This document shows positions 1 to 8,901 of a DNA stretch of 64,000 bases, in pieces; position 1 is the first letter of the stretch; every line of letters begins with the position of its first letter. The DNA is from a virus (Duplodnaviria; Caudoviricetes). The notes beneath the pieces are model-generated. The model was given only the letters and a program-made list of their open reading frames with translations, was not told where the DNA came from and searched no databases. The stretch covers positions 32,001 through 96,000 of the IMG/VR virus record IMGVR_UViG_3300037851_000542. One strand, written 5' to 3'. A program made the translations under genes and the position numbers.

Positions 1-38
1 ATTGCTATTATCAATGTGCTTATTATGGTAGGTTAGAT

Positions 39-767
39 ATGCTTAAGCATTTAATAGCTTACCATAACACTTCGAGTAAATCTTATATAAATTTTGCAGC
101 TAATTCAGCTTTGTTTAGTGGGCAACTAAACATTATTAAATACCTAGATAAATTAGGGGCAGAATACAGTTGGGATGCCTTTAAGGACGCTTGTGAGAAT
201 GGACATTTTGAAGTTATAAAGTATATAATAAATGGAGAATGTTATAGTACAGGAACTATAATTAAAGGTTTAAAAGGCTCTGTTTTAGGAAATCAATTAG
301 AAATAACCAAGTTTCTGTTAAATATTCTTTTAAACTTGCCCCCAGAAAGCTTTTATTGTGACCCTTATGATGTTATTAGTGACTGTGCTCATACAAGCAT
401 TGTCAGTCATAATGGGGATATTTTAAACTTATTGTGGAAAACTACATCTTTAAATCCGTCTACTGAGTTATTAGAGTCAGCAGTTAATTCAAGAAACCTA
501 TATGCTTTAAAACTTCTAACAAAACATAAAGCGTGGTTAACTCCAGAGCTATTAATATTCAGTATTATGTTAGATATAGCTGAACCATACCCTAATAGCC
601 CTATAACGGCGTATATTCTCAAAAATATAAATGTAAGTACTATTAAATTTGTGCACCTTACTCGTTTACTGAGAATTAAACAGCACCAACTAGTAAAAGA
701 ACTTACCGTGAATAGAGGGTGTAAAGTTAATAAACGAATAATGAAAAGATTATATTATGTTATTTAA
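39..767 (+). CDS. Ankyrin-repeat-like protein
   Basis: Ank-like segments (AFKDACENGHFEVIKYII; LLESAVNSRNLYALKLL); ends ...LYYVI. Confidence 0.6.
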   Translation: MLKHLIAYHNTSSKSYINFAANSALFSGQLNIIKYLDKLGAEYSWDAFKDACENGHFEVIKYIINGECYSTGTIIKGLKGSVLGNQLEITKFLLNILLNLPPESFYCDPYDVISDCAHTSIVSHNGDILNLLWKTTSLNPSTELLESAVNSRNLYALKLLTKHKAWLTPELLIFSIMLDIAEPYPNSPITAYILKNINVSTIKFVHLTRLLRIKQHQLVKELTVNRGCKVNKRIMKRLYYVI

Positions 768-774
768 ATTCAGC

Positions 775-801
775 TAAAGTTTATTTTAATGTGCGCCGAT
801 A
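775..801 (+). promoter_or_regulatory. sigma28-like promoter
   Basis: cTAAAgt, 16 nt, GCCGATA; upstream of ORF 845. Confidence 0.8.
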
Positions 802-844
802 GTAATATTATAGGGAAAAAGATTAACTGTTAAAAAGGACTACA

Positions 845-1027
845 ATGAGTCAAAATTTAAATAAAGAAAGCGAGCAGGCGAAAAAAGAACAAATTATTGA
901 CGATATTAATAATAGTCTGTTAGAAATTAAACAAGTAACAGGAGCAGGAATATTAAACCTTTCCCAGTTAGGATATCTTCAAGGTATTCTCAAAAGCCTT
1001 ATAACCCCTGTCGTAATTGAGGAATAA
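845..1027 (+). CDS. hypothetical protein
   Basis: ORF with AAGGA SD; overlaps next ORF. Confidence 0.6.
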   Translation: MSQNLNKESEQAKKEQIIDDINNSLLEIKQVTGAGILNLSQLGYLQGILKSLITPVVIEE

Positions 1028-1415
1028 GATGAATCAAGACTTAAACAGAGAAGAGTATTTAAAAAAGATTTCAGAGTTAGTTTTAGGAGAGCTAGTTGTA
1101 GTTAGCACTTGGGACTACTCGACTCAGCATTTTGAGGTTAGAAAAGTAGAAAAATTAACCAATAAACTAATAGTTTTAGATAATAATTTGAGATTCAACA
1201 AAGAGAATGGTAGAGTTTGGGGAGGTAACCACGGAAGAACTCCTTACTTATTGATCCTAACACCAGAGGTGGGTAATGCAGTAAGGAAATACAAGTTAAT
1301 TAGATCTGTAAAAACTAACTTGGACAAAGTAAAAAGTTTAAAACTAGATGAGCTAAGCACTGATACCCTGAGTATTTTAAAAGAAGTGCTAGAAAAGACT
1401 CTTGAGAAAAAATAA
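1017..1415 (+). CDS. hypothetical protein
   Basis: 132-aa ORF in operon-like run. Confidence 0.6.
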   Translation: MRNKMNQDLNREEYLKKISELVLGELVVVSTWDYSTQHFEVRKVEKLTNKLIVLDNNLRFNKENGRVWGGNHGRTPYLLILTPEVGNAVRKYKLIRSVKTNLDKVKSLKLDELSTDTLSILKEVLEKTLEKK

Positions 1416-1437
1416 CAATTAGTTTAAAACTTTATAT

Positions 1438-1806
1438 ATGTCTGCAGAATTAAAGAAAAAAGAAAAAGACTTTTGGACACTAGAAAAAGTCATTAGTAGT
1501 GCCCAAAATGCCCGCAACCTAGGTCACGGAATTGCTTGGTGGCACGCTAACGGTGAAGGTGCTTGTGCTTGGGCAATAAGACACGGGTACTATACCGAAA
1601 TTACTAAGATTATCTTTAAAACTAAAAAACGGCATACAAAAGCTTCGGCTTTTAAAAGTGCCAAAATTGCAGCAGATGCAGGTCTTAGAATTAGCGATTG
1701 GCGCAGAAAAGATGCTGTAGCTTATAATTGGGTAATTAATAAAGGGTATTTACCTGAAGTCAGACAAAGTATTTTTAAACTAAGTCCAGTTTATAGAAGC
1801 AAGTAG
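1438..1806 (+). CDS. Two-repeat small protein resembling homing-endonuclease-associated WT.E...AY.WA...G.L repeats
   Basis: FWTLEKV..ACAWAIRHGYY and HTKASAF..AYNWVINKGYL. Confidence 0.4.
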   Translation: MSAELKKKEKDFWTLEKVISSAQNARNLGHGIAWWHANGEGACAWAIRHGYYTEITKIIFKTKKRHTKASAFKSAKIAADAGLRISDWRRKDAVAYNWVINKGYLPEVRQSIFKLSPVYRSK

Positions 1807-1826
1807 TTTTTGAAAATTATTAATTA

Positions 1827-2612
1827 TTAATTATTAGTATCTGTATCTACCCATTCAAAACTGTACCCTTTGTAAGTTTTAGTTGTAGTTTTATTATATA
1901 ATATGCTACTCAAATAACTGAGGTTAATTTTTAATTCTCTAGCGCAGGCTGCTTTAGATTTATAGATGCGTTCTTTTTTAGTTTGTGTATGAATTGCTTT
2001 TACAGGTTTAGATATAGCAGAAACTACAGTTCTTTTATCATATAACCTTTGTTGAGAGCCTCCAGAGAATACAATATTTTTATTTTTTATATCTTTAATT
2101 TTGGAATCTATGGTTTTTTTAATTTCGGTCTCTGGGTAATCATTAGCAAAACTAAATGTTAAAAAATGCTTAAATGATTTTTGAGAACCGTACCTAACTC
2201 TTTCACATATCTTCTGAGCTTTTTCTTTTGATATTTTTAAATCTTTACTTAAAGTGGCGTAATCTTTATAAAATTTAACCTCTAATGTTCTGACATTAAG
2301 CGTAACATTTGTAAACCTTTGTAGGCGATTTTCATTATCAAACAAGGGTACAAACTGTCTTTTTACTTCTAGTTCTACTATAAACCTATCACTCTCCTTT
2401 AACACTGAGCAAATAGGCTCTAATTTAAAATTGTTTTTATTTGGGATATATTTCCTTATATATTTATATTGAGGTATAACACTTCTATGCATGTAGCATA
2501 AGTCTCTATGTTTTCTTGTTCTTGCTCTTAAGTTTGTAGTTGACCCTATATATGCTGGGGTTTCTATATTGGGTAAGAAAATTCCGTAGATGATCGCATG
2601 TTTTTTACTCAT
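1827..2612 (-). CDS. GIY-YIG homing endonuclease with C-terminal NUMOD1-like domain
   Basis: IIYGI..AYIGST..R; KPVKAIH..IYKSKAACARELKIN..YKGYSFEW. Confidence 0.75.
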   Translation of the reverse strand: MSKKHAIIYGIFLPNIETPAYIGSTTNLRARTRKHRDLCYMHRSVIPQYKYIRKYIPNKNNFKLEPICSVLKESDRFIVELEVKRQFVPLFDNENRLQRFTNVTLNVRTLEVKFYKDYATLSKDLKISKEKAQKICERVRYGSQKSFKHFLTFSFANDYPETEIKKTIDSKIKDIKNKNIVFSGGSQQRLYDKRTVVSAISKPVKAIHTQTKKERIYKSKAACARELKINLSYLSSILYNKTTTKTYKGYSFEWVDTDTNN

Positions 2613-2697
2613 TATGTTAAAATAGCATACGCCTTTTAACTAGACAAGTTTATTTAAAACCTGAAAATTAAATTTTACATTTTGCGCCCGAAAAAAC

Positions 2698-2724
2698 TTA
2701 AGTTTCTAAAGAGAAGTGCCGATA
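2698..2724 (+). promoter_or_regulatory. sigma28-like promoter (TTAA -35 variant)
   Basis: cTTAAgt, 16 nt, GCCGATA. Confidence 0.7.
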
Positions 2725-2754
2725 GAGTAATATGGAATTAACTTTTAATATGAA

Positions 2755-3087
2755 TTGGCACATATGGATTGGGATCAAATATTCTCAGAAGCTTGTGAAA
2801 CAGGAGATTTAGCCACAGTTAAAAAACTTTCAAAGGTGGTTACAAAAAGAGCACTAAAAGAGGGTTTGTGGATAAGCGCCCAAAATTACGAAGGCAACGC
2901 ACCGGAAGATCAAGAAGATCAGTTCGAAATAATTAAGTATTTAGTAGAAAAGAAAAAAATAAATGTTAAAGAGTTTGATGATGGTTTAATTAGCGGGATT
3001 GACAGTATAAAAATAGGTAGATATTTAATTGAAAAAGGTTTAAAATGTAGTTCTGCGTATCTTCTTGGGTTTTTTCACTTTATTTAA
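2755..3087 (+). CDS. Ankyrin-repeat-like protein
   Basis: FSEACETGDLATVKKL; FEIIKYLVEKKKINV; ends ...FHFI. Confidence 0.6.
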   Translation: MAHMDWDQIFSEACETGDLATVKKLSKVVTKRALKEGLWISAQNYEGNAPEDQEDQFEIIKYLVEKKKINVKEFDDGLISGIDSIKIGRYLIEKGLKCSSAYLLGFFHFI

Positions 3088-3255
3088 TTTTATGTTTTTT
3101 GGGACAACAATGAAATTAGTCAGTATCGATCTAGATGTAATGTTTCTAGAAGTAGTTCTAGAGAGAAGTAATGGAGAAATTGTAAGTATTAAGGTATTCA
3201 CAATGTTTGTTGTATTTATTATTTGTATTGTTGCGCACTTGCTGGGGTTAATGTA

Positions 3256-3702
3256 ATGAGTAGTTCTAATACTATATTTCTAGATCCTTTAGAACCTCTT
3301 GTATTCTCCAGTAACAATTATATTGTACCTAATAATGCCGAGTTTAAATTTAGAGAATACGATAAATCTGTAAAAATACTAGGAACTATAACTAAAACAT
3401 TAGTAGACTTCCGTGAAGATCGTATGAGTTTAAAAATACCTAGAGGCTGGACAACAAGAGCATCTGCAAAAGACATACATGATGCTATGGTAAAAAGTCT
3501 TATAAGTTTCGGAACATCTACCTTAACAATAAGAGCTGGTAATAAAATAGTATTCGAATGTAGTATGAAAAAACCTGGTCTTATCCATAGTTATAAGAAA
3601 CTCAAACCAACAGACAAGCAATTTCTTAAACACTTGGCAGAAGAGATAAGGAAAACTATGTTGGCTGAAGCTATAGTTACTAAAAAACTACATTTTATCT
3701 AA
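3256..3702 (+). CDS. hypothetical protein
   Basis: ATG at 3256 overlaps previous stop; ends ...LHFI. Confidence 0.55.
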   Translation: MSSSNTIFLDPLEPLVFSSNNYIVPNNAEFKFREYDKSVKILGTITKTLVDFREDRMSLKIPRGWTTRASAKDIHDAMVKSLISFGTSTLTIRAGNKIVFECSMKKPGLIHSYKKLKPTDKQFLKHLAEEIRKTMLAEAIVTKKLHFI

Positions 3703-3726
3703 AGTTATTTTAAATAGCTGTCGATA
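3700..3726 (+). promoter_or_regulatory. sigma28-like promoter
   Basis: cTAAAgt, 16 nt, GTCGATA; -35 overlaps the upstream TAA stop. Confidence 0.75.
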
Positions 3727-3769
3727 CAAGCTATAGTAGATAAACTTTATTTTAAAAAGGATTAGTATT

Positions 3770-3880
3770 ATGGTTAATTTTATAAAAGGCGTGACATTTA
3801 TTTGGATTTTTGCAGTATCTGTATACCTACTGATAACTATCTTAAATCACCTTCCATTATTTTGCTTTAAGGTAGGATAG
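3770..3880 (+). CDS. 36-aa hydrophobic peptide not in ORF track (MVNFIKGVTFIWIFAVSVYLLITILNHLPLFCFKVG)
   Basis: AAAGGA SD; follows the promoter at 3700; one TM-like stretch. Confidence 0.5.
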   Translation: MVNFIKGVTFIWIFAVSVYLLITILNHLPLFCFKVG

Positions 3881-4147
3881 TCAAATCAGGTAAAGTAAAA
3901 AACTCATATTGCTATGCCCTTTCTTCATTGCTGATGGAAAGGCATAGAATACTTGTTTTTTAGATTTACTAAATGTTATTTTAGCAATCTTGCTTTCGTT
4001 ATCCCATCGTTCTATTTTAGAAATACTATAAGAGGAAATACACAACGGACTAGAGAGATCAAAATATAAAAATTTATACTCTATAACAGTTTTGTCTTTT
4101 AAAAGACCTTCTGGGTCTATGCTTTTAAGTGCGTTTAAATAGTCCAT
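3881..4147 (-). CDS. hypothetical protein, ends LLYLI
   Basis: tightly packed minus-strand trio. Confidence 0.55.
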   Translation of the reverse strand: MDYLNALKSIDPEGLLKDKTVIEYKFLYFDLSSPLCISSYSISKIERWDNESKIAKITFSKSKKQVFYAFPSAMKKGHSNMSFLLYLI

Positions 4148-4148
4148 A

Positions 4149-4445
4149 TTAGATTAGATATAGTAATCTGTGAGGTGGGCTATTTCTTTCATTCCTAGGA
4201 TTAAATACATCCAAGTTTAATTCTGAAGGAAACATACGGTTTCTAATTGGAGAAGTATATTCAAAACTAAGTGTTTGTAGTCTGCTGCCTCCGGCATTAT
4301 AAGGTCTAATAACTATTTTTACATTCTTTATAGAAGAGTAAAGGTAGCCATCATTACCACTGCTCACGGGGGTGACTAATATATATCTACTTTTTGCATC
4401 TATTAAAGGAAAGGACTTTAAAAACGAACCGTATTGAAAAATCAT
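4149..4445 (-). CDS. hypothetical protein, ends LLYLI
   Basis: tightly packed minus-strand trio. Confidence 0.55.
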   Translation of the reverse strand: MIFQYGSFLKSFPLIDAKSRYILVTPVSSGNDGYLYSSIKNVKIVIRPYNAGGSRLQTLSFEYTSPIRNRMFPSELNLDVFNPRNERNSPPHRLLYLI

Positions 4446-4449
4446 GTGT

Positions 4450-4689
4450 TTAAATTAAATAAAAAACTTGCCAGTTCATTCCATAATTAGGTATATAAAA
4501 TATGGTTTTGTCTACGTCCTCAAACTTTTCAATAGGTACAATATCAATGTGGTTGCGATCCATTTTATAGTAAACCCTATCAAATATGTAAGCCCACTGA
4601 TCCTCCATCTTGGCTACCAGTAAAAAATGAGTACCAAGGTACCTTTCGTTAAAGGTTTTTAGAAACATATGAATTTGAATTTCTTTCAT
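4450..4689 (-). CDS. hypothetical protein, ends VFYLI
   Basis: tightly packed minus-strand trio. Confidence 0.55.
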   Translation of the reverse strand: MKEIQIHMFLKTFNERYLGTHFLLVAKMEDQWAYIFDRVYYKMDRNHIDIVPIEKFEDVDKTIFYIPNYGMNWQVFYLI

Positions 4690-4759
4690 CTATTGATCTT
4701 AACATTTAATTGTTGTAAAATCAAATCATAACAAGTCTGCACTAATTGTTCTATAATTT

Positions 4760-5254
4760 ATGACAAATTTAACACCTCAGCCCCAAAAAATACAACTACA
4801 ACAAGTATCTAAAGACGAATTAATATCCTATGTCAAATTTAACAATTTAGCTGTACTAAAAAAGGTACTAACAAGGTATAATGTTTCAGCTATAGTACCT
4901 TACCTGCATACAAGTACTTTAGCTATTTTAAAGCATTGTACTTCTAACAAACTTCTCAGTAAACCTCAGATACAAAATATACTTACTGCTGCTCTTTTTT
5001 CCAGAAATAAAAAGACTGTTTCGTATCTAAAAAGTCTAGGGTATAAGGTTGAAATTAAACACCTTCTTAATGTGATAGGTAAACTGGAGGAGTTAGATGA
5101 GAAAATTAAATCAGCCAAACTAAAATTACATCTTTACTACTCTGCAGAAGATACAATAAAATATAATAAGCAGCTAGATAAAGTTATTAACCTTAAAAAA
5201 GAATATAAAAAAACCTATTACGCTTGTTTATATACACTTTCTGAGATTTTTTAA
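4760..5254 (+). CDS. hypothetical helical protein
   Basis: 164-aa ORF. Confidence 0.55.
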   Translation: MTNLTPQPQKIQLQQVSKDELISYVKFNNLAVLKKVLTRYNVSAIVPYLHTSTLAILKHCTSNKLLSKPQIQNILTAALFSRNKKTVSYLKSLGYKVEIKHLLNVIGKLEELDEKIKSAKLKLHLYYSAEDTIKYNKQLDKVINLKKEYKKTYYACLYTLSEIF

Positions 5255-5263
5255 TAAACTAAA

Positions 5264-5731
5264 ATGTATCATACAAATTTAAAATTACTCACAGGCAAGC
5301 TACAAAAAATAAAAACAGATCATTTAAACAATACTACTGTAGACTTACCTGATGCTTGGAAACAGTACCCAGTTTTTAGAAATAAGTTTAAAAATGTAGT
5401 AGATGCTGCTATAGAAGAAATGTTATATTTAAACTCTAATATTGTTAATTCGGGCTGTAAATTAAACATGTTTGGCTATGATTCTATTAAAAGTAAACTA
5501 CTAGATCATCACTACTTGGTGTACTTTAAAATACTAAAAGACACAACCAGCATAGGGTTCCCTACACTATACTTGGAAGGTAATTCACTTACCAATGAAG
5601 TATATACCAGAATAGTGAGTAACAGCACAGAAGATGTATTACAAATGAATATAAACGATTGGGATAAAGACTCCGTAATGTTTGTATTTGAAAAGTTTGC
5701 AGAAGAGTGTTTAAATGGGTACTTGTTGTAG
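5264..5731 (+). CDS. hypothetical protein
   Basis: 155-aa ORF, TAG stop. Confidence 0.55.
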   Translation: MYHTNLKLLTGKLQKIKTDHLNNTTVDLPDAWKQYPVFRNKFKNVVDAAIEEMLYLNSNIVNSGCKLNMFGYDSIKSKLLDHHYLVYFKILKDTTSIGFPTLYLEGNSLTNEVYTRIVSNSTEDVLQMNINDWDKDSVMFVFEKFAEECLNGYLL

Positions 5732-5742
5732 GATCTAATAGA

Positions 5743-6294
5743 ATGTTTGATGCCACAGCCTGTTTTGTAATAAACCCAGATAGAGAAAAGGCTCATATTG
5801 ATAGTTTGGTTAGAGATAATAAAAGAACAGCTCTAAAATTTTATATTAAAATAAGAGCTAGTTTCGCAGTTTCGTATTGCGATAAAAGAAAAGAGGTAAT
5901 CAGGTATGGTCTTTCTGAGCTGGAAAAAACCTATAAAGCAGGCAAGAAAGTTTTTTATTATAAATTTATAACAAAATTAATAGATCATTTGATTAGGAAA
6001 GGTCTGTATAAGCCTGATATTTTTTTGTTTGATTTACTAGGTGATTTTATCTATGAATTTAAGAATAAACATTTGATGTTAAAGTTACTTGATTGCCTTG
6101 TATACTTTACACCAGATATTTCTTACATTAAAAGTCTTATGAGGACTTTAAAACTCACTTACATACCATTGCACACTGCTTGTATCTTTTGTATAAAATT
6201 TTCTATAAAAGACATTTTAGATATGCACGAGTTGTATGGTTTAAGTCTGCATATCACTAAAGGAGATTTAAGCCGTAAAGTAATTTTAGTCTAA
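5743..6294 (+). CDS. hypothetical protein, ends VILV
   Basis: ATG at 5743 after preceding stop. Confidence 0.55.
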   Translation: MFDATACFVINPDREKAHIDSLVRDNKRTALKFYIKIRASFAVSYCDKRKEVIRYGLSELEKTYKAGKKVFYYKFITKLIDHLIRKGLYKPDIFLFDLLGDFIYEFKNKHLMLKLLDCLVYFTPDISYIKSLMRTLKLTYIPLHTACIFCIKFSIKDILDMHELYGLSLHITKGDLSRKVILV

Positions 6295-6318
6295 AGTTTT
6301 ATTATACCTCTGCCGATA
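6292..6318 (+). promoter_or_regulatory. sigma28-like promoter
   Basis: cTAAAgt, 16 nt, GCCGATA; overlaps upstream TAA. Confidence 0.8.
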
Positions 6319-6349
6319 TAATATTTAGGCTAACTTTAATAGAACTAAA

Positions 6350-6568
6350 ATGGATTTAATTGTAATAGAGTATACAACCCTTGCTTCTTACTTCTGTTCA
6401 GTGGTATTATTTGGACTAGGGTTTATTGGCTTAGGTATTTATAAGCTCTTAGAGTCTAATAGTATAGCTCCTATAGTGGTACCTGTTTATTATTGTGTAG
6501 TTGCTTCTTTTGTATTTATAGAAATGTTTAGTTTTTTATTATTATTGGCAGTAAAATGGCAACTTTAG
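6350..6568 (+). CDS. small two-TM membrane protein
   Basis: two hydrophobic stretches. Confidence 0.55.
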   Translation: MDLIVIEYTTLASYFCSVVLFGLGFIGLGIYKLLESNSIAPIVVPVYYCVVASFVFIEMFSFLLLLAVKWQL

Positions 6569-6729
6569 CCCCGAAAAAAAATAAACAATCAGGTGATTCA
6601 GACATTGGAAGTATGTTTATGATACTTGTAATCATATTTATGTTTATTATTTGGTTTAGTTGGTACTTGGATGTTAGAAGAAAAAGTTGGCATAATAATG
6701 ATCAAAACAAGTTAATTATAGAAGGTTGA
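6556..6729 (+). CDS. small membrane protein truncated by IS607 insertion (…KLIIEG*; empty site would read …IIEGSKYVQS*)
   Basis: 57-aa ORF with TM segment; its stop is supplied by the IS left end. Confidence 0.5.
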   Translation: MATLAPKKNKQSGDSDIGSMFMILVIIFMFIIWFSWYLDVRRKSWHNNDQNKLIIEG

Positions 6730-6754
6730 CAAGCAGTAGTGTTTTTGCTACTAT
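6726..6754 (+). promoter_or_regulatory. sigma70 promoter at the IS left end
   Basis: TTGACA-17-TACTAT, followed by a perfect 12-bp inverted repeat (ctataccttaac/gttaaggtatag, 6751-6780). Confidence 0.7.
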
Positions 6755-6780
6755 ACCTTAACTCTAAAGTTAAGGTATAG

Positions 6781-7380
6781 TTAACTAGGCGATACTATAA
6801 GAGGAAGGAAGCAAGTCAGATTCTTGGATTGCACCCGAATACAATTAGAAGATATGAGAAAGAGGGAATTATCAACGGGATTAGGAATTCAGCAGGACAG
6901 AGGCTGCTTGATCTCGACTCCTATCTTGGCAGATCTAAAAGAAACAGAACAATCTGTTACTGCCGAGTCTCGTCGTCGAAGTAAAAAGACGATCTTGTCA
7001 GACAAATCCTCTACATGCAAGAGCAATTCCCAAACGCAGAGATTATCTCGGATGTCGGAAGTGGGATCAACTTTAAAAGAAAGGGACTTAAAGCCATTTT
7101 GGAATCAGCAATGTGCGGAGATAAGTGCACAGTTATTGTTGCCCACAGAGATCGTCTTGCGAGATTTGGCTTCGAACTCATTGAGTTTGTCCTTGAACAA
7201 AACGGTGGGAGGATCTTGGTTCTCGACAAAAGTTTACACTCACCTCAATCCGAGCTTACCAACGATCTGCTCGCAATACTTACCGTCTTTAGCTGCAGGA
7301 TGCACTGGCTCCGTAATTACCGTACAAAAATCAAAGAAGATAAAGCTCTTTCTAACAGCGGACCAAAGAAGAAAGATTAG
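6781..7380 (+). pseudogene. tnpA: IS607 TnpA (MerR-HTH + serine recombinase) with in-frame TAA at 6982-6984 and no clear start codon
   Basis: KEASQILGLHPNTIRRYEKEG HTH; ICYCRVSSSK*KDDLVRQ; VAHRDRLARFGFELI. Confidence 0.85.
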
Positions 7381-8449
7381 ACATTGGGAAGGGGTGTCCC
7401 GACTTCTTTTTAATAAAACCGTAGCTCTTTTAAAGGATGGTACGGTTAAGTCCTCTTGGAGGTCTATAAAGACCGATCTTATTACTTCCCTACCAGACTG
7501 GTCGCATACAGCGCCCTACCAAGTTAGATCTATAGCTATACGAGATGCTTGCTTAGCAGTATCTGCAGCAAAGAAAAAATTCCTGAAAACAGGGGAGTTT
7601 CAAGAAGTAAGCTTTCGAAGAAAGCATACAGCCCTGAAAAGCATCTATATCCCTAGCTCTGCGGTAAAACCAAGTAAAGTCAGAGCTAAAAGCGCCAAAA
7701 TCTATTTCCGCCTTTTAGGTGATGTTAGATTAGCTGAAAAATTACCAGAATCGCACGGAGACTGTCGGTTAGTAATCTCGAACGGAGAATACTTTCTGAA
7801 TGTATCTTACAAAGCAACCTTCTTACCTAACTCTAGCGAAAACCAAACGAAAGTTAGGCAGAGAGTAGTTGCTTTGGATCCTGGTATTCGTTCGTTTGTT
7901 ACTTTTTTCGCTGAGAACTCTTTTGGTAAGATCGGGCAAGGAGATATTGGGAGGATAGGGAGGCTTTGCTATTACCTAGACTCTCTTTATTCTAAAATTG
8001 CCAAAGCAACGTCTAAATCAAAATATCGAATGCGGAAAGCTGCTGCTAGAATTAGAAAGAAAGTCAGAAACTTAATCGACGAACTTCATCATAAGTCCGC
8101 TGCCTTTCTAACTTCAAATTACGATTTAATCCTTCTTCCTAAATTCGAAACATCTAAAATGGTTCAAAGAAGTTACAGAAAGATTAGATCCAAAACCGCC
8201 AGAGCTATGTTGACTTTCGCGCATTATAAATTTAAGATGTTCTTAAATCATAAAGCGAACGAAAATAATGCAAAAGTCTTAGAAGTTTGCGAAGCTTACA
8301 CTTCGAAAACTAAATCTTGGTCGGGCGAAATAGTAAAAAATCTCGGCGGCAATAAGTATATAAAAGAAAAAGATCTAATTTTAGATCGAGATTTTAACGG
8401 CGCTAGAAATATCCTCGTTAAAACTTTAAGCGGGTTTAACAAAAGTTAA
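7052..8449 (+). CDS. tnpB: IS607-type TnpB RNA-guided endonuclease (frame open back to 6824; start uncertain)
   Basis: VVALDPG (RuvC-I), VCEAYTSKT, LDRDFNGARNI (RuvC-III). Confidence 0.85.
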   Translation: MSEVGSTLKERDLKPFWNQQCAEISAQLLLPTEIVLRDLASNSLSLSLNKTVGGSWFSTKVYTHLNPSLPTICSQYLPSLAAGCTGSVITVQKSKKIKLFLTADQRRKIRHWEGVSRLLFNKTVALLKDGTVKSSWRSIKTDLITSLPDWSHTAPYQVRSIAIRDACLAVSAAKKKFLKTGEFQEVSFRRKHTALKSIYIPSSAVKPSKVRAKSAKIYFRLLGDVRLAEKLPESHGDCRLVISNGEYFLNVSYKATFLPNSSENQTKVRQRVVALDPGIRSFVTFFAENSFGKIGQGDIGRIGRLCYYLDSLYSKIAKATSKSKYRMRKAAARIRKKVRNLIDELHHKSAAFLTSNYDLILLPKFETSKMVQRSYRKIRSKTARAMLTFAHYKFKMFLNHKANENNAKVLEVCEAYTSKTKSWSGEIVKNLGGNKYIKEKDLILDRDFNGARNILVKTLSGFNKS

Positions 8450-8545
8450 ACCCTTTGGGAGATTCCCCCTGTTTTTATCCGGCGCAATCCGAATAAAAAT
8501 TGCAGTGTTTTCGAATGGTAACATTAGTTAACATAATTGAATCGG
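8440..8545 (+). ncRNA. probable omegaRNA scaffold at IS607 right end
   Basis: non-coding segment between tnpB end and terminal ATCGG; position expected from TnpB biology; folding not computed. Confidence 0.5.
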
Positions 8546-8553
8546 TAGTAAGT

Positions 8554-8694
8554 ATGTTCAGAGTTAAAAAAGTAGATAGACTTCTTAATCCCTCAAATGT
8601 TAAACTGAGTAAGGAAGCACAAGAAGTAGCTTTACAAAGATTTAAGGTGTTAGAAAAAAGTATTAAAGATTACGTAAAAAGATATAAGAAATGA
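8554..8694 (+). CDS. hypothetical protein
   Basis: ATG at 8554 just outside the IS; upstream part of the track ORF lies inside the IS end. Confidence 0.45.
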   Translation: MFRVKKVDRLLNPSNVKLSKEAQEVALQRFKVLEKSIKDYVKRYKK

Positions 8695-8901
8695 GAAAAG
8701 TACCCTATACAGAAAAAAGAGAAAATGAGGAATATTTTATCAAAGGTAGTGCAATAAAATACAATGACCCTTTGGAAGATAAAGAAAGTTTAAAACAAAT
8801 TGTAAAAAATATTATAATTACTTTTGCAGTGTTTACAGCATTTATGATTATAATAGGTCTACTTATTTCTGTAATGAAATAAATATCTTAAAAAGATAAA
8901 C

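Larger units (their letters stand above)
6726..8545 (+). mobile_element. IS607-family insertion sequence (tnpA serine recombinase + tnpB)
   Basis: GG at 6724-6725 and 8544-8545; joining the flanks restores an ORF; tnpA and tnpB motifs. Confidence 0.8.

Noticed and set aside
1-8545. Eukaryotic giant virus (ankyrins, IS607/Fanzor-like TnpB)
   Set aside because: Shine-Dalgarno sites, sigma-type promoters, a sigma factor, S74 tail fibres and an endolysin indicate a bacteriophage.
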